A DNA stretch of 64,000 bases, taken from the NCBI GenBank assembly GCA_030147845.1, contig JASBUN010000031.1, positions 13,472 through 77,471 of the forward strand, written 5' to 3'. The position numbers were made by a program, and so were the translations under genes. The notes beneath the pieces were generated by a model. It searched no databases, was not told the DNA's origin, and worked only from the letters and a program-made list of their open reading frames with translations. Below, piece by piece: positions 10,407 to 20,549 of this stretch. This DNA comes from Gammaproteobacteria bacterium (GTDB taxonomy: Bacteria; Pseudomonadota; Gammaproteobacteria; JASBUN01). How positions within the stretch are numbered: position 1 is the stretch's first letter; the number at the start of each line of letters is the position of its first letter.

Positions 10407-11021
10407 ATGCAACACGCATCATTGCTGCAACAGTACTTGGAGATGGCTCGTCCATATCTGCACAATTATGGCTACGCCGCGCTGTTCTTCGGTGTCTTTA
10501 TCGAAGGCTTCGGCATACCCGCGCCGGGCCAGACACTCATCATTGCCGCCGCACTACTGGCGGCGCAACATCAGCTGAATATCACCGTCGTATTGCTGTT
10601 GGCGTGGAGCGCTGCGGTTGCCGGAGACAACCTCGGTTATACCATCGGGCGATTCGCCGGCCGCCGACTGGTGCTACATCATGGTGGTCGCATCGGTCTT
10701 CGAGCCGAACATCTCGAGCGTGTCGAACGTTTTTTCAACCACTACGGTTCAATAGTGGTTGCGTTTGCTCGTTTCGTCGAAGTACTTCGACAACTCAACG
10801 GCGTAGTCGCCGGCACCAGCGGCATGCATTGGCTGCGATTTCCACTCTTCAACGCCGTCGGCGCCGCGCTGTGGGTGGGCTTATGGGGCTACGGCGTCTA
10901 CCGCCTCGGCGAACATCTCAACCTGGTTCTGAACTTGTTCAAGCGCTTTGAGCCGTTCCTGCTCGGTGTCGGCCTGGTGCTAGTGGTACTTTTTGTAATC
11001 TATCTGTTTCGACGCAAGTAG
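10407..11021 (+). CDS. DedA family membrane protein
   Basis: EGFGIPAPGQ, AGDNLGY.IGR, ARFV, FNAVGAALW motifs. Confidence 0.88.
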   Translation: MQHASLLQQYLEMARPYLHNYGYAALFFGVFIEGFGIPAPGQTLIIAAALLAAQHQLNITVVLLLAWSAAVAGDNLGYTIGRFAGRRLVLHHGGRIGLRAEHLERVERFFNHYGSIVVAFARFVEVLRQLNGVVAGTSGMHWLRFPLFNAVGAALWVGLWGYGVYRLGEHLNLVLNLFKRFEPFLLGVGLVLVVLFVIYLFRRK

Positions 11022-11371
11022 TACACGGCAGCCGTCTCGGCGCGCCTGGTCCGGTGCAGGCAGTCGCCTCTGTCGAGGCTGATTTGCGCCGTCACGTCAG
11101 TCAAAGCGTAGCGCGTGGCTCCGCCTGATCGCCAAGCAGCGCTGTTCCCATTTGGATCTTGCGCACATAGAGTTGCGCCGAACGCCAACACACCGGCATT
11201 TCCAAACCAACCGATGCGGACAATTCATGCCTGGCGCAGCGCTGAGCAATGGCGAAATTCCGGCGGCACGGGTGGTAGCCGGAGGCAAATACCTCCACAA
11301 TAGTCGGGACCGAGATCGGTGTTCGCTGAAGCGCAATGGGCTTTGGTCCGATACGGTATGAAAGGAGTCCA

Positions 11372-12406
11372 ATGAAGAAGCTCATAGTAACCGGTGCTGT
11401 GATGGTGCTAGTGGTACTGGGTGGCGTTTTCTGGATTTGGCATCGGCACGACGGCAGCGTCAATTCCAACCAGCTGACGTTGTACGGCAACGTTGATATC
11501 CGTCAGATCCAGTTGGCGTTTAACGGTGCCGAACGCATTGCTTCGATGGACGTGCTCGAAGGTAGCACGGTCAAAAAGGGCCAGCTATTGGCCACGCTCG
11601 ACACCCGACGCCTGCGACCCGACGTCGCCCTTGCCCAGGCTCAGGTTGACACGCAACGACAGGTAGTGCGCGCGCTCAAAGCAGGAACTCGTCCGCAGGA
11701 GGTGCGCAAAGCACAGGCCGACGTCGAAGCGGCTCGTATCGATGCCGCCAACGCAGTGCGCAATTCTCGCCGTTTGAAAGCATTGGCGGCACGCAAGTTG
11801 GCCTCTAGCGAGCAGGCTGACAGCGCCAAAGCCACGGCAGATTCCGCGCAGGCTCATCTGAAGGCGGCGCGCGAGGCCCTTGCCTTGGCGGTTGCCGGTC
11901 CACGTGAAGAAGACATCGCCGCCGCCATGGCGACACTGCGAGGCTTCGAGGCGCGTTTGGTCTTGGCGCAGCAAAATCTTGCTGACGCGACGCTATATGC
12001 GCCCACCAATGGCGTTATCGAAGACCGCATACTGGAGCCCGGTGACATGGCGTCGCCCCAGATTCCGGTCTATACCCTGGCGTTGACCAATCCGGTCTGG
12101 GTCCGCGCCTATGTATCGGAACGAGATCTCGGCAAGATACATCCGGGGCAGCCCGCCGAAATCACGACTGACAGCTTCCCTGACAAGCGTTACCGAGCGT
12201 GGATCGGCTACATTTCACCCACCGCGGAATTCACGCCGAAGTCGGTCGAAACCAACGAAGTGCGCTCCAATTTGGTTTATCAAGTACGGGTGTATGCTTG
12301 CAACCCCGCCGGCGAACTGCGTCTCGGCATGCCGGCTACCGTGTTGATATCGCTGCACGCCAAAAATAGCGCCGACGGTCCCAAACCCTGTAATACAGCC
12401 CATTGA
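11372..12406 (+). CDS. HlyD-family membrane fusion protein (YbhG-like)
   Basis: N-terminal TM, LYGNVDIR, coiled coil, ISPTAEFTPKSVET, LRLGMP. RBS AAAGGAG. Confidence 0.9.
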   Translation: MKKLIVTGAVMVLVVLGGVFWIWHRHDGSVNSNQLTLYGNVDIRQIQLAFNGAERIASMDVLEGSTVKKGQLLATLDTRRLRPDVALAQAQVDTQRQVVRALKAGTRPQEVRKAQADVEAARIDAANAVRNSRRLKALAARKLASSEQADSAKATADSAQAHLKAAREALALAVAGPREEDIAAAMATLRGFEARLVLAQQNLADATLYAPTNGVIEDRILEPGDMASPQIPVYTLALTNPVWVRAYVSERDLGKIHPGQPAEITTDSFPDKRYRAWIGYISPTAEFTPKSVETNEVRSNLVYQVRVYACNPAGELRLGMPATVLISLHAKNSADGPKPCNTAH

Positions 12407-12407
12407 C

Positions 12408-14213
12408 ATGAATGCGCACAGGCCGCAATTGCCGCCAATGCGATCCGCTGACGACGACGGCAACGCGTTGACGATGTCGACCATCAGCAAGTCCTTTGTG
12501 TCTGAAGGCCGTTCGGTAAAAGCACTAGACGAGGTCGAACTCAGGGTGTCGGCGGGCCGTATTACCGGCTTGGTCGGACCCGATGGCGCCGGTAAAACAA
12601 CCTTGATGCGCCTAGCGGCCGGGCTGCTTCAGGCTGATACGGGAAGTATTCGCGTGCTCGGATTGGATGCAACACGTGATCCGCTAATGGTACAACGATC
12701 GATAGGATATATGCCGCAGCGTTTTGGCCTCTATGAAGATCTGAGCGTGCAGGAAAACCTCGATCTATATGCGGATCTCCAAGGCGTACCGCATGCGATA
12801 CGCGCACAGCGTTATCATGACCTGACAAAAATGACAGGGTTGGAACATTTTACGCGGCGCCTGGCCGGTCGCTTATCGGGTGGCATGAAACAGAAACTCG
12901 GCTTGGCATGCACACTGGTGCAACCGCCTCAGTTACTACTACTGGACGAGCCGACCGTGGGTGTAGATCCGGTCTCACGCCGGGAGCTGTGGGTCATTAT
13001 CAACAAACTAATTTTACAACACGGCACCAGCGTATTAGTGAGTACGGCGTACCTGGATGAGGCTGAAAATTGTCATGAGGTGGCGCTGCTGCACAACGGC
13101 CACTGCCTCGGACAAGACACACCGGCGCGATTCACCGCTCGCGTCGAAGGGCGCACGTATTCGGTCAGCGCCGCCGGCCTAAGTAAACGTGCTTTGCATG
13201 ACGTGCTTGCCGACACAGATGACGTCGTCGACGCCGTCGTACAGGGCAATCACGTTCGCATCGTCGCCAGTAAGAATGAGCCGCCCAAAAACATTGACCT
13301 TCCCAATTCCGTCGACCTTTCTATAGTCCCGGTTCCGGCTCGCTTCGAAGACGGCTTTGTCACCCTACTGCGGGCGCATCTTCGGCCGGAGGATCCCGCC
13401 CGTCATCACTTGGATTTCAAAATTGCGGCAACGACACCAACCCGCGCGTCCGCGGACGCTGTCATCCAAGTGCGCGAGCTAAGTCGACGGTTTGGCCCTT
13501 TTTATGCCGTAAAGAACATTAGCTTCGCGGTCCAGCGCGGCGAGGTGTTTGGCCTGCTGGGCGCTAACGGAGCCGGGAAATCAACGACCTTTCGCATGCT
13601 GTGTGGATTGCTGCCGCCGAGCAGCGGACACTTGTCGGTAGCCGGGCTCGACCTGCGGCGAGCCGCATCTGCTGCACGCGCGCGCATTGGCTATATGTCG
13701 CAGAAATTTTCCCTTTACGGCAATCTGACCGTGCGCGACAACCTGCAGTTTTTTAGCAGCATTTACGGTCTATCCGGCGCCAGCCGTAGCGACAGGATAA
13801 AGTGGAGCCTGGAACAATTCACACTCGACTCGGTAAAAGATAATCGTAGTATCGACCTTCCGCTTGGATTCAAGCAGCGACTCGCGCTGGCATGCGCATT
13901 GATGCACGAACCCGACATTTTGTTTCTGGACGAACCCACATCGGGCGTCGACCCACTCGCGCGCCGGGAGTTCTGGCATCGCATCAACCATCTCGCTGAG
14001 GCCGGTGTGACCATTCTTGTTACGACCCACTTCATGGAAGAAGCCGAATACTGCGACCGTCTCGCAATAATGGACGCAGGGGAAATATTGGCCTTGGGCA
14101 CCCCGGACGAAATCAAGGTCAGCGCCGCAGACCATGGCGGCCCGATTTCTACGTTAGAGGATGCCTTCATTGCCCTCCTCGACGCCAACGCCAAGGTTCG
14201 CTCCGAACAGTGA
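12408..14213 (+). CDS. ABC transporter with two ATP-binding domains (YbhF-like)
   Basis: Two Walker A motifs (GPDGAGKT, GANGAGKS), LSGGMKQ, two LDEPT. Confidence 0.93.
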   Translation: MNAHRPQLPPMRSADDDGNALTMSTISKSFVSEGRSVKALDEVELRVSAGRITGLVGPDGAGKTTLMRLAAGLLQADTGSIRVLGLDATRDPLMVQRSIGYMPQRFGLYEDLSVQENLDLYADLQGVPHAIRAQRYHDLTKMTGLEHFTRRLAGRLSGGMKQKLGLACTLVQPPQLLLLDEPTVGVDPVSRRELWVIINKLILQHGTSVLVSTAYLDEAENCHEVALLHNGHCLGQDTPARFTARVEGRTYSVSAAGLSKRALHDVLADTDDVVDAVVQGNHVRIVASKNEPPKNIDLPNSVDLSIVPVPARFEDGFVTLLRAHLRPEDPARHHLDFKIAATTPTRASADAVIQVRELSRRFGPFYAVKNISFAVQRGEVFGLLGANGAGKSTTFRMLCGLLPPSSGHLSVAGLDLRRAASAARARIGYMSQKFSLYGNLTVRDNLQFFSSIYGLSGASRSDRIKWSLEQFTLDSVKDNRSIDLPLGFKQRLALACALMHEPDILFLDEPTSGVDPLARREFWHRINHLAEAGVTILVTTHFMEEAEYCDRLAIMDAGEILALGTPDEIKVSAADHGGPISTLEDAFIALLDANAKVRSEQ

Positions 14214-15364
14214 GAACTCAACCGCCAGGCAGTAAGCCCACGCGCGGCGGATCCGCTATGCGCCTTAGAGGACTGGTACGGAAAGAGTTTCTTCAGATCT
14301 TGCGCGATCCCAGCAGCATCGCCATCGCATTTCTTATGCCGTTGTTGCTCCTGCTCCTGTTCGGATACGGTGTATCACTGGATGCTAAAAATGTACCCAT
14401 AGCGCTCGTCGTCGAACACCCGAATGCCGATACCGCATCATTTACCGCATCGTTCCAGCAGTCACGGTATTTTAAGCCACTATTTGTCAGTAACATGCGG
14501 CAGGCGCGTAGCGTGCTTATGTCGGGCCGTGTGCATGGCATCGTGCGTTTGGCGGGCGATTTCTCCAGCAAGCTGCGTTCACGTGATGGCGCAGCGATTC
14601 AGGTAATCGTCAACGGCGTTGATGCCAACACAGCCAGGGTCGTACAAGGCTACGTTCAGAGCCTATGGTCACTCTGGCTCGAGCAGCGCGCCACAAGTGC
14701 GGGACATAAGCTCGCCATTCCAGTGGACGTTCGCCAGCGAGTCTGGTTCAACAGTGAACTCCGCAGCCGCAACTACCTTGTTCCCGGATTGCTCGCGGTA
14801 ATCATGACGCTAATCGGCGCGCTACTAACCGCCATGGTCGTAGCACGAGAATGGGAGCGCGGCACTATGGAAGCACTCATGGTTACGCCGGTGGCCATGC
14901 GCGAAATCTTACTCGGGAAATTGATTCCATACTTTGTTTTAGGTATGGGAGGAATGTGTTTATCGGTGGGCATGACGTTATGGCTGTTTGATGTTCCATT
15001 GAGAGGCTCGGTACTAATACTGTTTGTCGCCGCCGCGCTGTTCCTGCTTGCCGCATTGGGAATGGGCTTGCTGATTTCGATTTTGGCGAAAAATCAGTTC
15101 GTCGCCGGACAAGCGGCCATTATCGTTACTTTCCTGCCCGCTTTTATTCTTTCAGGATTTATATTTGACATCGGCAGCATGCCGCCTTTTGTGCAAGCAC
15201 TGACTCATGTCATCGCTGCCCGCTACTTTGTCGCTATTTTACAAACCCTGTTCTTGGCCGGAAACGTGTGGAGTGTAATTATTCCTAACGCGCTGGCGTT
15301 GGCGGCGATGGCGGCCTTCTTCCTGCTCCTCAGTCGCCGTATGGCGCGCAAGCGGCTGGATTAA
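14210..15364 (+). CDS. ABC-2 type permease (YbhS-like)
   Basis: KEFLQILRDPSS, AREWERGTME, LSGFIF. GTG start overlaps the upstream stop. Confidence 0.9.
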   Translation: MRTQPPGSKPTRGGSAMRLRGLVRKEFLQILRDPSSIAIAFLMPLLLLLLFGYGVSLDAKNVPIALVVEHPNADTASFTASFQQSRYFKPLFVSNMRQARSVLMSGRVHGIVRLAGDFSSKLRSRDGAAIQVIVNGVDANTARVVQGYVQSLWSLWLEQRATSAGHKLAIPVDVRQRVWFNSELRSRNYLVPGLLAVIMTLIGALLTAMVVAREWERGTMEALMVTPVAMREILLGKLIPYFVLGMGGMCLSVGMTLWLFDVPLRGSVLILFVAAALFLLAALGMGLLISILAKNQFVAGQAAIIVTFLPAFILSGFIFDIGSMPPFVQALTHVIAARYFVAILQTLFLAGNVWSVIIPNALALAAMAAFFLLLSRRMARKRLD

Positions 15365-15476
15365 ACATGATAAACTCGCTCGGTCACCGTCGGCATTGTC
15401 GCGGCTACGCAAACCTCGCGGTCGACGGCGCCGTGAACATACCGCGTCGCCGATGCGCCCAACGGATTTCAACGCC

Positions 15477-16586
15477 ATGTTGAAACGGATTCTAGCGCTC
15501 GTGCGCAAGGAATTCCTTGCGCTGTTCAAAGACAAGAAAAGTCGTTTCATCATCGTCGCACCGCCCATCATTCAACTGTTGGTGTTCGGATATGCTGCCA
15601 CGTTCGATCTGAATCGCATTCCGATCGCCGTACTAAATCAAGACTCGGGCGCCGCTTCACGTCAACTACTTGCACACTTTCGCGGTTCCACCAACTTCCA
15701 GGAAATTGCACCCTTACATCAAAACAGAGACATTGCCAAAACCATCAACTCCAAGCAGGCGCTTTTAGTATTGCAGCTTGGTCCTCATTTCAGTCGCGAT
15801 CTGTATCTCGGCAAACCAGCTCAACTACAGGTGATTGTCGATGGCCGGAATTCGAATACAGCGTTAATCGCCTTGAACTATGTACACAGTATTGTGCTGC
15901 AGTTCAACAATGATTGGGTAAAGAACCATCACGGGCCCGCACCACCGGCGCACCTGCAGCTGCGCGCATGGTTCAATCCGAACCTGGAAAGCCGCTGGTT
16001 TATCGTTCCCGGAATCATCGGCTTGTTAACCTTGGTGGTGACCATGGTGGTCACTGCGCTGTCGGTTGCGCGCGAACGCGAACAAGGAACATTCGATCAA
16101 TTGCTGGTCACACCGCTTAGACCCGTAGAAATTTTACTGGGCAAGGCATTGCCGGGATTTGTGATCGGGCTACTCGAAGGCTCGTTGATCATCCTGGTTG
16201 CCGTCTATTGGTTCAACGTCCCACTGATCGGCAATTTGAGCGCGCTCTTCATTGGCATCGTGCTATTCCTTTTATCCGCCGTTGGTGTCGGCTTAATGAT
16301 CTCCTCATTGGCAGTTACGCAACAACAGGGCATGTTGGGTGCATTTTTGTTCCTGGTGCCGGCCATCATACTGTCCGGGTTCGCTACCCCCATCGCCAAT
16401 ATGCCAACCTTGGTACAGCAACTCACTGTCATCAATCCAATGCGTTACTTCATGGTAGTGCTGCGCGGCGTCTTTCTGGAAGGCACTCCACTTGCGCTTC
16501 TATTCAAGCAATTCTGGCCGATGGCCGTCATCGGAATCGTTACGCTGGCGATTGCAGCGTGGCTATTCCGCCACCGCATGCAATGA
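15477..16586 (+). CDS. ABC-2 type permease (YbhR-like)
   Basis: KEFLALFKD, AREREQGTFDQLLVTP, LSGFATPI. Confidence 0.9.
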   Translation: MLKRILALVRKEFLALFKDKKSRFIIVAPPIIQLLVFGYAATFDLNRIPIAVLNQDSGAASRQLLAHFRGSTNFQEIAPLHQNRDIAKTINSKQALLVLQLGPHFSRDLYLGKPAQLQVIVDGRNSNTALIALNYVHSIVLQFNNDWVKNHHGPAPPAHLQLRAWFNPNLESRWFIVPGIIGLLTLVVTMVVTALSVAREREQGTFDQLLVTPLRPVEILLGKALPGFVIGLLEGSLIILVAVYWFNVPLIGNLSALFIGIVLFLLSAVGVGLMISSLAVTQQQGMLGAFLFLVPAIILSGFATPIANMPTLVQQLTVINPMRYFMVVLRGVFLEGTPLALLFKQFWPMAVIGIVTLAIAAWLFRHRMQ

Positions 16587-16924
16587 GTAATCTGGCGCCC
16601 CGACGTTGGGTGATTATGCTTGTAGCAACGGTGGTGCTGCATCGGATAAAGCCGCGGGCGACAAACCCATCGCCTTATGCCGGCATATGAGGACATAACC
16701 AACCGCCGTGCTTGGCTAATCATTGCTGGATCAACGATCACATAGCGTCGGCGCATTCTTTGCGCGCGGCGACGCCGACCCTTCGGGCACTGGGGCTAAT
16801 CACCCAGCGGTGGTGCAGTTCCACCGCATTTCGCCTCAGTACGCGGCGGTGGGTCGTCACCCTAACTACCTGCCGCTCGCACCGCTTTACCGAAAATTAA
16901 AAACACCACTTTTTTTTATATTTA

Positions 16925-16937
16925 AATCAATATATTA
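16925..16937 (+). promoter_or_regulatory. IHF binding site
   Basis: AATCAATATATTA matches WATCAANNNNTTR exactly, with an upstream A/T tract, about 60 bp before a sigma-54 promoter. Confidence 0.7.
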
Positions 16938-16995
16938 ATATCCCCTCTCGGGACCTTCGGCGGCGATGCGAATACGGTTGCGTACGACCCGGAAC

Positions 16996-17011
16996 TGGCA
17001 TGAGATTTGCG
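16996..17011 (+). promoter_or_regulatory. Sigma-54 promoter upstream of the Rieske gene
   Basis: TGGCATGAGATTTGCG: GG 16997-98, GC 17009-10 (N10), canonical TTGC. Confidence 0.8.
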
Positions 17012-17146
17012 CACATAATACTGATCCGTCGTCTATTCGCGATTCGTCCGTAATGCAGGCGTCGATATAACCCCATCGGCTACAGTGTAAACAGCCGACA
17101 AGTAGTTGATGTAGTCAATCGTTCATAGCATGGATACCTAAAATCA

Positions 17147-17776
17147 ATGGCAGCAAGTTTCGAATCTCCGGCCGACCCCAATCGGCGCCGTTTTCTCGTG
17201 ACCGCAACCAGCGTAATCGGAGGCGCCGGCATCGTCGCCGCTGCGGTACCTTTTGTGGCATCCATGGAACCCAGCGCACGCGCCGTAGCCGCCGGCGCGC
17301 CCATTACCGTCGACATTAGCAAACTCGAACCGGGGCAACTTATTACCGTCAAATGGCGTTCGCGACCCGTCTGGATTCTCAGGCGCACCAAAAAACAGCT
17401 GGCCATTCTGCCCAGTCTCGATGCTCGGTGCAAGGACCCAAAATCACTCCAGCCGCAACAACTGGCAGCAACACAAAACGAATACCGCTCGTTGCTGCCG
17501 GAGTATTTCGTTGTCGTCGCCATCTGCACTCACCTCGGTTGCGTACCTAACTTTCGGCCCGATATTGCACCGCCGGATCTTGGCCCCGATTGGAAGGGCG
17601 GCTTCTTTTGTCCCTGCCATGGTTCGCGCTATGACTTGGCCGGTCGAGTCTTCAATGGCTCACCGGCACCGCTCAATTTGCCGGTAATGCCGTATTATTT
17701 TATGGATAAAACGACCGTTCGTATTGGCGAGACCAAGTCCGGTGCACATTCCAACTGGCGTCCGGAAACTTGGTAA
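17147..17776 (+). CDS. petA: Ubiquinol-cytochrome c reductase Rieske iron-sulfur subunit (stand-alone)
   Basis: Tat-like NRRRFL plus TM anchor, CTHLGC and CPCHGSRYD boxes, PAPLNL. Confidence 0.92.
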   Translation: MAASFESPADPNRRRFLVTATSVIGGAGIVAAAVPFVASMEPSARAVAAGAPITVDISKLEPGQLITVKWRSRPVWILRRTKKQLAILPSLDARCKDPKSLQPQQLAATQNEYRSLLPEYFVVVAICTHLGCVPNFRPDIAPPDLGPDWKGGFFCPCHGSRYDLAGRVFNGSPAPLNLPVMPYYFMDKTTVRIGETKSGAHSNWRPETW

Positions 17777-17966
17777 CGCGCAATTGCTGAAGTCTTCCGC
17801 TATATAAAAAAGACGTCGGCGGTGAGGCAAGAACCAACTCCGACCCGCCCGACGAAAAATTCCGCTTTCTACCCGTCGCGTCGAAACGGGACTGCGCGTA
17901 AGGTGGGACGAGATTGATCTCGGCTTTGATGTCTTCAATTTCCCGATGAAGTGAGGAGAGTACGAA

Positions 17967-18263
17967 ATGGACGATAAACTGCAGCGCAAACTATCACGTA
18001 GATCCCTGCTGAAAGGTGCCGCGTCGCTGGCCGGCATGGCAATAGTTGTTCCACTTGCCTTGACCAGCCGCGAAGCATTAGCCGGCCAAAAGGCGAGCAA
18101 GTCCGCAATGCAATATCAGGATAAGCCGAAGGCTGGCAAGAAGTGCAGCGCCTGCATGCAGTTCGTGCCTGGAAAATCCGCCAGCGCCGATGGCACTTGC
18201 AAAGTGGTCGCCGGCAGCATTAGCCCCCACGGCTACTGCATCGCATGGGCTCCAAAATCCTGA
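17967..18263 (+). CDS. High-potential iron-sulfur protein (HiPIP/Iro-like), Tat-exported
   Basis: SRRSLLK Tat signal; YQDKP...CxxCxxF...C...ISPxGYCxxW HiPIP cysteine pattern. RBS GAGGAG. Confidence 0.88.
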   Translation: MDDKLQRKLSRRSLLKGAASLAGMAIVVPLALTSREALAGQKASKSAMQYQDKPKAGKKCSACMQFVPGKSASADGTCKVVAGSISPHGYCIAWAPKS

Positions 18264-18558
18264 CACCGCTACCCCGTTGCTGGCGCCCGCGTGGGAACCG
18301 CGACTCGGCCCGTTCCCACGCGCGCTCGATGCCTGACAAGCTTACTTCGACACCGCCAGCGTTCGGAACTCGTGTCTCTAAACAAACCAGATTGAGTAAT
18401 ATTCCTGCCACACAGTGGCGTTAACCTTCCTTCCCGTAGGCAACGTCATAGCCCATGGGCAAGCCCCGGCAAAACTAACCGCGTTCTTTCTCTGGGATTT
18501 TGACAAACTGATGATTACCTGCTTAAGTTAGCAGTCTCATGGTAAGGGAGGGGATCCG

Positions 18559-18912
18559 ATGGACACCATGAACACGACGGATAATATGGATTGCGTTGAC
18601 GCTTGTCAACCACCGCAAAGTAGCAGTTCTTTGCGCGATACCGCGCGCGCGTTCGTACAGGCGATGATCGCGCGAGACATCAATACGGTGCAAAAATTAA
18701 GCCGGGGAACCCATGTGGGCTTCCCGCCGCGTTATGTGTTAAACCGCTTTGGTGTGGTGTACGACAATCGTTCGCTATCGGAACTAACGTTTGTAGTCGA
18801 AGAAACAGAAAACCGTGTGTCGGTCCGCTGTCAAAATCAGCGGCTTGGCGACGACCTGAAGTTCAAGAAGCTGGGCAGCGAGTACTTCTTCTCGCATTAC
18901 GACTGCTTTTGA
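18559..18912 (+). CDS. Hypothetical protein (possibly NTF2-like alpha+beta fold)
   Basis: Good RBS (AAGGGAGG), protein-like composition, A..FV.A...D helix followed by beta strands. Confidence 0.5.
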   Translation: MDTMNTTDNMDCVDACQPPQSSSSLRDTARAFVQAMIARDINTVQKLSRGTHVGFPPRYVLNRFGVVYDNRSLSELTFVVEETENRVSVRCQNQRLGDDLKFKKLGSEYFFSHYDCF

Positions 18913-18964
18913 CTTGGTTTTTGACTTTTCGGCACCGCTAACCTGCGCCCGCCGTCCATGTGGG

Positions 18965-19276
18965 TTAGGCGTGGCGCCGTTCATGACGGGTACGCCGCTC
19001 ATATAGACGGCGGTCGTGCTCAATTACCATTCCAGAACTGTCGACCAACGGAAAAAGGGGCGCCCCTGCCGAGTGGCGCCGTTCCGACCGCGACCTTCGA
19101 TCGCGAACCGCGCGCGGGCGAAACTGCGTCAGCGTCGCGTTGCTCTGCTCTGCGGATTGGCGATCGCTTTTTTGCGACTCGGATACAAACGCGCGCGCGG
19201 CGAACAAGAAGACGTACAGCGCTAGTCCAATCAGCACAACCCCAACCGCTGCCAATACGTATAGGACTATTTTCAT
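18965..19276 (-). CDS. Hypothetical single-TM membrane protein with DRR/ERR repeats
   Basis: ATG at 19276 with GGAG RBS, N-terminal TM helix, DRR..ERR motif present twice. Confidence 0.6.
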   Translation of the reverse strand: MKIVLYVLAAVGVVLIGLALYVFLFAARAFVSESQKSDRQSAEQSNATLTQFRPRAVRDRRSRSERRHSAGAPLFPLVDSSGMVIEHDRRLYERRTRHERRHA

Positions 19277-19575
19277 TATTCTCCCAACTCTATTAGCCTT
19301 ATCAACACTGCAGCAATTCAACAAGCAAGATTGACGCCAGTCTATATAACAGCTTTCAGTTCATACTGTTAGAAGCCAACTTGGTAACCCGCTCGACGCG
19401 TTCGTAAGAAATATTGACGGTAGTAATAACACCCATCGTAAGCGCAATTTAAAGTTCAATGTAGAACTGTAATGTACCGTCGTTCTTGAAATAATATCGT
19501 GCCATCGTTCACAACACCAGAGATGGGATTTTGGCCACGAGCCATGCGCATTATGTACCCAGGAACCGTGTTGGC

Positions 19576-19832
<257 letters not shown>

Positions 19833-19909
19833 ATGTATACCGCTAAACCTCACTCGGAGATCTGAGCCCGGCCATTCTACCGCAACGAATTGGGATTAGA
19901 AAGACGCCC

Positions 19910-20266
19910 TTAACGCTTCAGAATATGCAAAATCTCTTCGAGTTCCATACGCACTTGACGGACGATTTGTTGGCTCTGATTCACGTCTTCGCGCGCTGAG
20001 TCCCCAGACAGTTGCTGACGCGCACCGCCTATGGTGAAGCCTTGCTCATAGAGCAGACCGCGTATCTGCCGAATCATAATGACGTCGTGGCGTTGGTAAT
20101 AGCGCCGATTGCCACGGCGTTTGACCGGCTTTAGCTGCGGAAATTCCTGCTCCCAGTAACGCAGGACATGCGGCTTGACCTGGCAGAGTTCGCTCACCTC
20201 ACCAATAGTGAAGTAACGTTTGCCGGGAATCGCCGGTAGCTCGTTATTATTCCCCGCCTCCAGCAT
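19910..20266 (-). CDS. MerR-family transcriptional regulator (conserved downstream of ihfA)
   Basis: [34 protein letters not shown]. Confidence 0.93.
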   Translation of the reverse strand: MLEAGNNNELPAIPGKRYFTIGEVSELCQVKPHVLRYWEQEFPQLKPVKRRGNRRYYQRHDVIMIRQIRGLLYEQGFTIGGARQQLSGDSAREDVNQSQQIVRQVRMELEEILHILKR

Positions 20267-20546
20267 AGGCCTCTACTCGCGCTTTCAATTTTTGCCCCGG
20301 GCGGAACGTGACGACGCGCCGCGCGGTAATAGGAATTTCCTCACCCGTCTTCGGGTTACGGCCCGGTCGCTGATTTTTATCGCGTAGATCGAAGTTCCCA
20401 AAGCCGGAGAGCTTGACCTGGCGGCCAGTCTCCAAAGCTGCTCGGATTTCTTCGAAAAACAACTCTACCAGCTCCTTCGCTTCGCGTTTGTTTAACCCCA
20501 ACTCCTCGAACAAACGCTCAGCCATATCAGCTTTGGTCAGTGCCAT
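20247..20546 (-). CDS. ihfA: Integration host factor subunit alpha
   Basis: [37 protein letters not shown]. Confidence 0.98.
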   Translation of the reverse strand: MALTKADMAERLFEELGLNKREAKELVELFFEEIRAALETGRQVKLSGFGNFDLRDKNQRPGRNPKTGEEIPITARRVVTFRPGQKLKARVEAYAGGGE

Positions 20547-20549
20547 GAT

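Noticed and set aside
17912-17938. TTGAT half-sites upstream of the HiPIP gene as an FNR box
   Set aside because: Spacing is wrong (TTGAT-N3-TTCAA) and there is no full palindrome.
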